Both the position numbers and the translations under genes were made by a program. Source: Podarcis erhardii (lineage: Eukaryota). Taken from it: a DNA stretch of 64,000 nt. Below, piece by piece: positions 1-10,185 of this stretch. The notes under the pieces are model-generated. The model saw only the letters and a list, made by a program, of their open reading frames with translations. It was not told where the DNA came from and ran no database searches. The stretch lies in the NCBI GenBank assembly GCA_964252035.1, contig OZ176210.1; one strand, given 5' to 3'. Numbering within the stretch: position 1 is the stretch's first letter; every line of letters begins with the position of its first letter.

Positions 1-179
1 TCCGCGTCAGTTATTTTAGGCGGGAACTCTGGGCTGTTGTTGTTACAATGTTGACAGCCGGCTGCCTATAAAAGCAGGCCGGCTGAGCTGTTTGCAGTCA
101 GTTCTATTCCAGCTTACGAAATAAAGAGCTACTTGGAGAAATCGCTGTGTCGTCTGCTATGTCAACCCACAACTTAACA
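1..179 (+). mobile_element. LTR of compact family X (truncated by the window edge)
   Basis: TATAAAA, AATAAA and the 3' end AATCGCTGTGTCGTCTG...CCCACAACTTAACA shared with the copies at 11816 and 46138. Confidence 0.85.
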
Positions 180-1488
180 GTTTGCAATGTCTCTCTCTCT
201 CTTGTATCCCCCCCCCCATGTAACATTTTTACAAATCAGTTTCATTTGTTGAGACATTAGGAAGAAAAGTGGGAAAGAGGTGGAGAGGGGGGAAGATGGG
301 TGGGGATGGGGTCGGGTGGTGATGTTTCTATTTTACTTACTATATGTAGGGTTTGGTGTCAGCGTTGCTTGTGCAGGTTCTTTGCTGTTCACTTGTGTTC
401 CTTTGGTGACGAGAGAGGTTGGGGTTGGCCTAGGGTATGGTTGTTCATTTGTGGTGGTCTTTGTCTGAATGAAAACGTTTTCAAAAAAGCGCAGTCAAGA
501 GAGTGGCCTTGCCATCGCTCCCCTGAACTTGCCTTTTGGAAGGGAAAGTCCAATGGGTTCAGATTCTAACCCTGCATCAATCATATGTGTCAATGATGTA
601 GCTCAATATGTTACAAGCACACGGTCTTGTTTCTTGCTCCTTGTTTGTGTTTGTCCTGGGCTCTCAGGGAACAGACTGAAGCCGCTCTTTCCTCACTGCG
701 ACTGGCTCAGGTTCCTGCCTCTGTATGCTGTGTGCTGTTCCCTCTGGTTTCAACAGGCTTCCTCTGGAGAGAGCCCTGGGCATGACCCAAGGTTCAGGAA
801 AGTGTCCCTCTTCTACGTGACTTCACCCATGTCAGGGAGCTGGTTTGTGTTTACAAAACCTCAGGCTGCCGAATGAGTCCATCGTCAGCGACAAGGACTC
901 TCCTTGTACGCTCAAGCAGTAATTGGAGAAACAAGAGGCAGGCAGAGACTGGCTTCCAAGCTCCTCTTCAGCATTATTAGATAGAAACAAATCGGACAAT
1001 GCTGGGTTTGGGGCGGGTACCTGTGACCCTTTGTTTGTGTATCAATTACTCAGTTTGGGGGGCAGTGCAAAAGACAGCGTTCACAGCACAAAACGAGTGC
1101 AAAATTTTGGCACCAGTTTGGAGTGAATCAGACAATGTTGGATTTGGGGGTGTTAACTGCAAACCCCGGTTTGATGTTTCAGTTACTCAGCTTGGGGGGC
1201 TCCACGAAACATAAGGCTTGCGGTACCAAATGGTACCAAATGAGAATCCCAAAACTGGGGGTTCCTATTTAATAGAGCTCTGCTCTTTCTCTGCCCTAGA
1301 CATCAGGGGCTCATCATCTGCGTACCTTCTTGGGACGTGTGAGGAACTTGAGACTTGAGCATTTTGAAATATCTCAGGAGTGTTTGTTTGGTGCTTGAAG
1401 GCCTTTGGGGTACAGTCCTATTGCACAGAATTGCATAAAATTTACATATCTGCTATACATATATGTATAGATGCATCTGGGCCCCTCT

Positions 1489-1562
<74 letters not shown>
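1489..1562. repeat. Compound (GTA)n(ATA)n microsatellite at the L2 tail
   Basis: Seen directly. Confidence 0.97.
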
Positions 1563-2494
1563 TTCCCAGCCACTCTGGGCAGCTCTCAGGTGAATATTAA
1601 AAACACAACACAGCAATAAATATTAAAAACTTCCCTAAACAGGCTGCCTTCAGATGTCTTTTAAAAGCAATGACAAACCTAGACAGCATCTTAAAAAGCA
1701 GAGGCATCACCTTGCCGACAAAGGTCCGTATAGTTAAAGCTATGGTTTTCCCAGCAGTGATGCATGGAAGTGAGAGCTGAACCATAAAGAAGGCTGATCA
1801 CCAAAGAATTGATGCTTTTGAATTATGGTGCTGGAGGAGACTCTTGAGAGTCCCATGGACTGCAAGAAGATCAAACCGATCCATTCTTAAGGAAATCAGC
1901 CCTGAATGCTCACTGGAAGGACAGATCGTGAAGCGGAGGCTCCAATATTTTGGCCACCTCATGAGAAGAGAAGACTCCCTGGAGAAGACCCTGATGTTGG
2001 GAAAGATGGAGGGCACAAGGAGAAGGGGACGACAGAGGACGAGATGGTTGGACAGTGTTCTCGAAGCTACCAGCATGAATTTGACCAAACTGTGGGAGGC
2101 AGTGGAAGACAGGAGTGCCTGGCGTGCTCTGGTCCATGGGGTCATGAAGAGTTGGACACGACTAAACAATTAAACACAAGTTACATATTGCCTTGATGGG
2201 AGGGCATTCCACAGGGTGGGTGCCACTACTGAGAAGGCCCTCTGCCTGGTTCCCTGTAACCTCACTTTTCGCAGTGAGGGAACTGCCAGAAGGCCCTTGA
2301 CACTGAACCTCAGAACGATGGGGGTGGAGACACTCCTTCAGGTATACTGGGCCGAGGCTGTTTAGGGCTTTAAAGGTCAGCGCCAACACTTTAAATTGTG
2401 CTCGGAAACGTACTGGGAGCCAATGCAGGTCTCTCAGGACCGGTGTTATATTGTCTCGACGGCCACTCCAAGTCACCTGTCTAGCTGCCGCATC
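1520..2494 (-). mobile_element. L2 LINE 3' fragment split by BovB
   Basis: RDNITPVLRDLHWLPVRFRAQFKVLALTFKAL on the minus strand; (TTA)n tail; matches the copy at 25868. Confidence 0.9.
1663..2179 (+). mobile_element. BovB (RTE clade) LINE 3' fragment, nested in an L2
   Basis: Encodes ...LLRVPWTARRSNRSILKEISPECSLEGQIVKRRLQYFGHLMRREDSLEKTLMLGK...GRQRTRWLD, the characteristic BovB C-terminus. Confidence 0.93.
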
Positions 2495-3523
2495 CCTTTG
2501 AGCCCCCCATCCAGGCTGTGCCCCCTCTCCCTAGACCACACCTCTCAGTGTCCCTGATTTGCACCCAGAGCATTTTTGTCTACCTAGAATATACCTTTGA
2601 AATCTGATAATGCTTTTTGCTTGTCCGGATGGAGGATGGAAAGTTGTGCACAAGTGTGTATAGAAACTTTGTAGCTATTGCACAAAGCGAACATTTGCAT
2701 TCACAGCTCCACCCACTTTTTGCCTTTGGCCCCTCCCACCACTGCATGTGGCTCTTGGCTGGCTGCCCAGGAAAGAATACAGCACTCTGACTGAAAAAAA
2801 GTTCCTTTAAAAAGTTTTCTTTTCTTCTCTTTTTTAAAAAAGTGACTCTCTTGTGCAAACAGCCGCAGAGTACTTTAATCCACTTAAACTGCACAAACCT
2901 AAAGTTTATGTGTGTGCTTGGATCCCTCCCACAAAATACTGGCTGTCTGAAAGGTCTCTTCACATTAAGAATGGGCACTGGTAGCGTCTCAGTCAGCCTG
3001 CCTGAATCACATTTGCTTGTAATGCCCAGTTCACTTTGTAAACTTAGCTGGGGTTTGCTAGCATCAGAACTAACTGGTGGTGGGGGTGTGTGTGTGTGTG
3101 TTGTTTTTATGATGGTTGAAATGTTCAGGACAGGAGCTGAACTGTCACCGATGTAGGAACAGCGTGTTTCCGAAGAGTATCCAGCATGACCTCAAATGCT
3201 TTAGAATCTCTGCATGACCTCAGAATCACTGCAAAACCTCACTGCAGCTTAGAATCTTTGAAAGAGGGGAAAGTAGAAATTAACCATATTCCTGAAACAT
3301 ACTCATTTTTTTTAAAAAAATAAAAAATAAATCTAAAATTCCATTATATTTTCAACCACTCCATTTAAGAGATTTGCTTTTAGCCTTCTTTTCATTTATA
3401 AAGCATACACAAGTCTTTTCAACCATCAGTTCCTCAGATAACCAGCAGCATTTACAATGTTACGCTGTTTCCAATGGTAGCTTTGCACCAGCAGAAAGCA
3501 CTTCTGCTGGTGGAAAAGCTGTA

Positions 3524-3741
3524 CAATGGTACCTCGGGTTACATACGCTTCAGGTTACAGACTCCGCTAACCCAGAAATAGTACCACGGGTTAAGAACTT
3601 TGCTTCAGGATGAGAACAGAAATTGCGTGGTGGCGGCAGTGGGAGGCCCCATTAGCTAAAGTGGTGCTCCAGGTTAAGAACAGTTTCAGATTAAGAACGG
3701 ACTTCCGGAACGAATTAAGTACTTAACCCGAGGTACCACTG
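3524..3741 (+). mobile_element. Tc1/mariner MITE family A
   Basis: TIR CA(G)TGGTACCTCGGGTT...AACCCGAGGTACCACTG with TA TSD; nine near-identical copies in the window. Confidence 0.92.
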
Positions 3742-3743
3742 TA

Positions 3744-4073
3744 CAGTCATTCCTCGGGTTACAGATGCTTCAGGTTGCATTTTTTTGGGTTACAGACCCA
3801 CCGAAACCCGGAAGTACTGGAACGGGTTACTTCCGGGTTTTGGGGGTCGCGCATGCGCAAAAACGCTAACTTGCGCTTTGCACATAATTCATAGCTGTCA
3901 ACGTTTTCCCTTTTTTAAGGGAAATCCCCTTATTCCGAATAGGATTCCTCACAAGAAAAGGGGCAAGTTGACAGCTATGGCCAAATTGCAACCCGCGCGT
4001 GTGTAGGTGCACCGCTGAGGGTTGCGAATGTGCATGCCGCACGGATCACGTTTCGCAACCCAAGAGTCCACTG
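3744..4073 (-). mobile_element. Tc1/mariner MITE family B, with a nested 90-bp hAT MITE
   Basis: Ends CAGTCATTCC... and ...CCACTG with TA flanks; internal CCGGAAGT..ACTTCCGG inverted pair shared with the copies at 29550 and 41023. Confidence 0.8.
3890..3979 (+). mobile_element. About 90-bp hAT-type MITE (CATAGCTGTCAAC TIR), nested in a family B MITE
   Basis: 13-bp TIR; degraded 8-bp flanks. Confidence 0.8.
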
Positions 4074-4708
4074 TAATGCTTTGTACCAACTGCCTCCACC
4101 TAGAGATGGGAAGGCCTGGAAAAAAGCCAGAAAAAATTGGGGGGGGGAGAGAAAAACAGGTTTCCCCCCTGTTTTTTCTAAAGCTGTTTTTCCCCGGAAA
4201 AATTGGAAAAGGAATTGTGTGGAACATGTTCTTTTCCAATGATAAATAATATATCTATGACATGGTATTCAAACTGTATAACATGAAGACCTTAATGAAA
4301 TATTTCTGAGACTTTTTTGTAAAGTCTTACATTATTGCAAGTTCTCTCAGCTGGAGACAAGCAAATCCTGGAATAGAATTCAAGTAACAGTCTACAGTAC
4401 TTCTATATGCAGTTCTCCAACAGGAGAAATATGCATTTGTGGCACTAGGGGGCTCTGCATGGAAAAGCCTCCAGTTTAGTTTACTCGTGTACCTCGAACC
4501 TCCTACAGTTGAGTAATTGTTGGTATACAGGCGGTGATACTTTCTGTCCTCCTCTCAGGCCTTAACTGACAGGTAAGAGGGTAAATTTGTCTGACAAATT
4601 AGTTTCTTTTTTGTAGCCCTATTCCTATTAATGTTCTCCACCACCACAGCAGAATGTTTATCTATAGTCTGGTCAGTAAATTGGTTTTTCCCCCCTCTTC
4701 TCAGTAAA

Positions 4709-6999
4709 ATGGTGAGACCAACACCTAGAGTTTGGAAACATTTCCACAGTGCAATTTCTGCTGAGAGCAAAGCTGCAATTTGCACATATTGTGAGAAGAA
4801 ATATTCTTTTCCAAATGCTACAAGGATGACAAAACACATTCTTGCATGCCAGAGGTGCCCTAAAGACATTAAAAAATACTTTATGGAATTAAATGATGAG
4901 GACCAGAATGAAAGTGCAAGTAGCTTTTCCTTCCAGAGTTCTAATTCCAGAAACTCTATTTCCGCTGCTGTTTCTTCACCACCAGCATCTTCACATAAAG
5001 AAGTGTTGCAAGCCACTGCCACACAAAAACGCACCATACCTTCATTTATAGATAAAATGACACCTGAAAATCAGGAGAAAATTGAGATCATGCCCTTGCA
5101 AGAGCAATATATGCTTCTGGATCAGCATTGTCAATAACTGAAAATGCATAGTGGCAGGAAGCTTTTAAATTATTACAGCCATCATATCATTTGCCAAGGA
5201 GACATTCCTTGGGCAAGCCCCTTTTGGAGTCAGAACATGAACGTGTGATGGAATCTCTTGCAAGGAAAAATCAGTCAAGCACTATGTCTTGCAGTACTTA
5301 CAGAGGGGTGGACAAATGTTTGGGGAGAAGGAATCAACAACTTTGTGTAGAAAGAGGGTGAAAGACAAAAGTTTTATTATGTCAAAAGTAAATAATATGT
5401 TAAGGATAAGGAGGAAAGATTGGAGACATAATAGAGTGATTTTAATAATTAGAAATGAGTTCTGAAAGAGGGTAAGGATTTGCTGTATCCGATTGGGTAA
5501 AGAGGAACACAAAAAAGGGAGGCGTGAGGAAGTCAAGAAAGGAAGTTAATCAAACATGAATTTAAAAGTTGGAGTTTTTATTTCTTTTTTCCTTCTTTTT
5601 ATTGTTGGAAGGAATTTTATACTTTCTGTATCTTGTTTTCTTGATCTGTTTTATGTGGATTTTTGATTATGTTTTTGTTTTTCTTCACCTTTTTGGTTCT
5701 TATGTGTTTGCTTTCTTATAAAAACCTAATAAATATATTATTTTTTAAAAAAGGAATCATCAACTTTGTGATAACAACACCTCAACCAGTTTATTATAGA
5801 AGCAGTGAAACTGGAGAGAACAGACATACTGCAGAGTATATCAGCAGTGAAATATGTGCAGTTTTAGAGACAATTGAGAGTGGTAAAGTATTTGCTTCGC
5901 TGACTGACAATGCAAGTAATATGAAAGCTGCATGGGAAATCACAATGGACAAGTACCCACATATTACTGCAATAGGATGTGCATGTCATGGACCAAACTT
6001 ACTGCTTAGTGACTTCATGAAACTGGACACCCTTCAAAGGATTTATAGAAGAGCTAAAGAAGTTATCAAATATGTAAAAGCTACTCATGTTATCACCACA
6101 GTCTTCAAGAAGGAGCAAGCAGGAAAAAAATGCACAGAATAAAATAGTGACACTGAAGCTCTGTAGTTGGGGTGGAGTAGTGATGTCCTTTGAAAGTTTG
6201 CTAAAAAAAGAGAAGCTCTTCAAGTAATAACAGAGAATCTAAAAATCCCCAGAAATATAAGGAACACTGTGCTTGATGAGGATGTGCTTTGGGTTCAGCT
6301 GCAGAACTCTCTACAGATTTTAACACCATTTTTTTCAGCAATTCATTCATCTGAATCAGACACTGCACTTTTGTCAGAAATTCCTAACCACGTGGCCATG
6401 ATAAAAACATCTGTTTCTGAAAACCTAAGTGCATCTCCACTTACAACTGCTGAAAAAAGTAAAGTGAAAGATTTTTATTAAGAAACGGGAAGAATTTTGT
6501 TGCCATTCCAATACATGCTGCTGCAAATCAACTGGATCAAAGATTCAAAGCCTGTGGCATAAGTGATACAGCTGCTGCATTTGACTGGATTACGAAACAA
6601 GCTGCACACTTAGGACCTGATATTGGAAAAGTACTTTCAAATGTTGCAGAATATAGAACATCTTCAGGGATTTCGGCCAGGAATGCATTCTGGGATTCCG
6701 CAAAACATAACCCTCCTGCAACATGGTGGCAAGGTCTCTGCACCACGCAACCTCTGACACCTCTTGCATCTCGCTTACTGCAGATTCCTGCATCTTCTGC
6801 TGCATGTGAAAGAATCTGGCCTATGTTTGGTAATATTCATATCAGATCAAGAAACAAACTGACCTGTGAAAGGGAAGAAAAGCTTGTTTCACTCCGTGCA
6901 AACCTAAAGTTTTTTAAAGTCCATGAGAAAAATGACAAAGAAGAAGAGGAAGAAGAAATGGAAAATGATAGCAGTAGTTCAGAAAATGAGATAGAATAA
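4709..6999 (+). pseudogene. hAT transposase pseudogene (BED zinc finger, RNase H-like DDE core, dimerisation domain)
   Basis: VWKHF..CTYC..HILAC BED finger; (D>E)GWTN, TDNASNM, CACH, WWQG and IPASSAACERIW motifs; several frameshifts and stops plus an L1 insertion; stop TAA at 6997-6999. Confidence 0.93.
5348..5750 (+). mobile_element. 5'-truncated L1-type 3' end inserted in the hAT transposase
   Basis: Flanked by a 20-bp TSD AAGGAATCA(A/T)CAACTTTGTG (5328-5347, 5751-5770); T-rich 3' UTR, AATAAA and A-rich tail. Confidence 0.8.
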
Positions 7000-7378
7000 A
7001 CTGCATGTATATGTTGTGTCTTCTGTTTCTTTTCTTTTTTAAGCACCGCTCAAAGAGTAGACCTTCTATGGAGTTAAATATTGAGGTAGACCTTAACTTT
7101 ATTTGCTGTTAGTGCTAAGGCGCAAATCTGATTTTTTTTTTTATGTTGATGGTTTCTTGCTTTTTTGTTGCTTTTGAGAGAAAGGGGGGTGGTTACGTGT
7201 TTTATTGCGAGCATAATACTTTTATATACAATGTGTTTCACACAATTTGTAAAACTACTCCATACTGAACTTTTTTCCAATTTTTTCAAAATTTCTATTT
7301 TTTCCTGAAAAAACATGGGGGGCGGGGCACATTTTTTTCTCATGGCTTCAAAATTTCCAGAAATGCTTACATCTCTAC

Positions 7379-7383
<5 letters not shown>

Positions 7384-7418
<35 letters not shown>
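7384..7418. repeat. (CA)n microsatellite
   Basis: Seen directly, abutting the hAT right flank. Confidence 0.97.
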
Positions 7419-7422
<4 letters not shown>

Positions 7423-8877
7423 CACCTTTCCCATTCCCTACCCAAAGCTCTTTCTGGTGGTTAATAGATTATGGGATATGGCACAGAGAGCTGCCTTAGA
7501 TACATGGAGCAGTGAATCAGTGAAAATTGGAAGACCTTCCTTGAACGTTCAAGATCCCACATATCCCAGATCATGGAAGGGGCATGATAACCCCAGTACA
7601 ACTAAGGACCTTGAAGAGACTGTTGGCCCCTGAAGTGCCTTGTCTAATGAATGCCTTTCCGAGACCCTAATAATCACTTCAACCACATGCTGAGACTTGC
7701 CTTGTTCTAAATCTTCTGCTTCCAACTCCAGGAAAAGTAAGGAGAGAACGACAATATATATGTTCTACTATTCCTCCCTTTACTTCTCACCAAAGTTACT
7801 CCTCCCGCTAGAGCTCACCAAACCTGTGTGGCTTTCTTGGGCCACCTGATCACCTGCCAATCTGCTCACCCAAGGTTACCCACCTGCCTGCATCTCCAGT
7901 TCCCAGTTGTCATCATGCTATCGTTTGCAGTGCCCCCTGTTTGTCGCCAAGTGAACTGCCACATGGTGACATTCTTGCATTTTTATTGTATGTAGATAGA
8001 TATTAGGTAAATATAGAGATTGGAAATTAAAGGGAAGTGTGACTTTTAATTATTTCAGAAGCAATGTGCATGCCCTCTGCTTTTGAAGAAAGGGGGAAAG
8101 GAAAAAAGGTTTTGGTCTGTTATAAAATTTTATCTACAGTTTTCTCATGTTTTATTTTCTGTTCCCTGCCCTAAAATCTGATATGATGAAAGGCAGTATA
8201 AAAATGCTTTAGAAAAATTGATAAAATAAGAAATGTGCTACAACCTTGTGACAGCCACACAACCCAATTCCACATGGTAATCATAGCAAACATCTAGACT
8301 TCTCTTTTGAGAAAACATGCATTATATTTGCATTTCAGGAGAAATAAATGTTTGCAACAGTTAGGTAAATGTGTGTGGGCAGATATGATAATAGAAGTTA
8401 GATTAAAATATTATTTATTTATTACTGAATTTGCATCCTGGCTTTTAACTCAAGAATTCCTAGGGCAGTACATAACAATAGACCAGATATGCACACCCAC
8501 TCACAAAACCAACAATATAAAATAGGAAAAAAATAAATTGCTAACATTGCAGCAACCCAGTTATCAACCCGTTCTATATGCCTGAGAAAATGAACCTTGG
8601 GAACAACTGAAACTGTGTATGGGGGGAATTCCATAGCTGGGGTGCCACAGTGAAGAAGGCACTGCTCTGTGAACTGTGCGTATTGGTGGAACTATGAGCA
8701 GATCTCTCCCACAGTTCTTAAGACATAGGCTCACAGGTAAGAGAAGAGGCAGTCCTTCAGATACTTGAGCCTTAGGGCTTTATAGACCAAGGTCAGCAAA
8801 TTGTATTAGGCCCAGTAGCAAAAGACAGTTCTGATACAGATAATGGCATATATGCTGTGGCCATGGAAAGCTGGTTA

Positions 8878-9103
8878 CAGTGGTACCTCGGGTTACATAC
8901 GCTTCAGGTTACAGACTCCACTAACCCAGAAATAGTGTTTCAGGTTAAGAACAGTGCTTCAGGATGAGAACAGAAATTGTGCTCCGGCGGTGCGGCAGCA
9001 GCAGGAGGCCCCATTAGCTAAAGTGGTGCTTCAGGTTAAGAACAGTTTCAGGTTAAGAACAGACCTCCGGAACGAATTAAGTACTTAACTAGAGGTACCA
9101 CTG
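8878..9103 (+). mobile_element. Tc1/mariner MITE family A
   Basis: Same TIRs and TA TSD. Confidence 0.92.
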
Positions 9104-9515
9104 TATATGAAAAACTGAAAACCATATACATTTCTTTCCTTTTCTGTTCAACTCAGTCCCCTGTTCACATCAGTCTGTTCTGTTCTGTTCACATCAGTCC
9201 CCAATGACTACCATAAATCCCTTAGTTTGTAAGGCTACAAGATGTCTCACCGCAGTCAAATATTTGCTGAGAAGGAGCAGCTCCCTTTGTCAGGGCCTGC
9301 CATTGTGTTGCTTCTATTGTGTTGAGCAGATAATATTGATACCTTGCCTACAAAAACGCCTTGCTTTAATCTAAACAACTTTCTGAAATGTCTTTAGGGG
9401 CTCCTTATTTAGCTCCATATGTAAGTAAACATGCATACATTCTCCCACCCCAGCCTAGTCTGCACAACACCTCCCCACTTCGTATCCTTTCTTCGCTTTC
9501 TTAATTCTCTCTGTA

Positions 9516-10185
9516 CAGTGGTACCTCGGTGTCAGGGAACTGCCATTGGAGCCAGAGGGAGAGGGAGGGCTCTAGAGGGATTACGGAGAGCGTCCCAGGA
9601 GGGAGAGAAGCAGCCCATCTATTGGGGAAGGAAATCAGTGTAGCACCAGTGGAGAAGGGGGGCAGATGGGGGAATCGGCGAGGTGGCTCCATGACTCCAG
9701 CGGGGAGAGCACGGGTCCTCCGCTGCCCACACCCTCCCTGCACAGAAGGCTTCCGCGCAGGGAGAGTAGGCGGAGACTAGGCGTCAAAGAGCTTCTTTGC
9801 TGGAAGAAGTTCAAGAAACGGCCACTGATGGATTCTGCCAGCGACTGAGACAGCCACGGGTGAGTGGCTTTCCGGACAGAATAGGGTTCACCCAGGTAAC
9901 TCATCCAGGTGTGGCGACGACTTACGCACGAGCAACCCCTAGAACCATTACACTCGGGTTAAGAACTTAATTCGTTCTGGAGGTCCGTTCTTAACCTGAA
10001 ACTGTTCTTAACCTGAGGTGCCACTTTAGCTAATGGGGTCTCCCACTGCCGCCGTGCCACCGCCGCACGATTTCTGTTCTCATCCTGAAGCAAAGTTCTT
10101 AACCCGAGGTACTATTTATGGGTTAGCAGAGTCTGTAACCTGAAGCATCTGTAACCTGAAGCGTCTGTAACCTGAGGGACCACTG
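9516..10185 (-). mobile_element. Tc1/mariner MITE family A interrupted in its TIR by a solo LTR
   Basis: CAGTGGTACCTCGG|LTR|CTCGGGTTAAG...CCACTG; TA TSD. Confidence 0.9.
9530..9952 (+). mobile_element. Solo LTR, ORF-bearing family Y, nested in a mariner MITE
   Basis: TGTCA...TTACA termini; exact 5-bp TSD CTCGG (9525-9529, 9953-9957). Confidence 0.9.

Larger units (their letters stand above)
4101..7377 (+). mobile_element. Full-length decayed hAT DNA transposon
   Basis: TIRs TAGAGATGGGAAG (4101) and CTTACATCTCTA (ends 7377); 8-bp flanks CCTCCACC / CCTCTACA (6 of 8 match); internal transposase remnant. Confidence 0.92.

Noticed and set aside
290-316. G-quadruplex-forming G tracts
   Set aside because: Present but common in this repeat-rich context, with no functional clue.
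588-893. Possible solo LTR (TGTCA...CGACA)
   Set aside because: No target-site duplication, no second copy and no polyA signal found.
6590-6805. Minus-strand ORFs over the hAT element (also 4555-5037, 5999-6223, 6537-6746, 6837-7046)
   Set aside because: Antisense shadows of the transposase coding strand.
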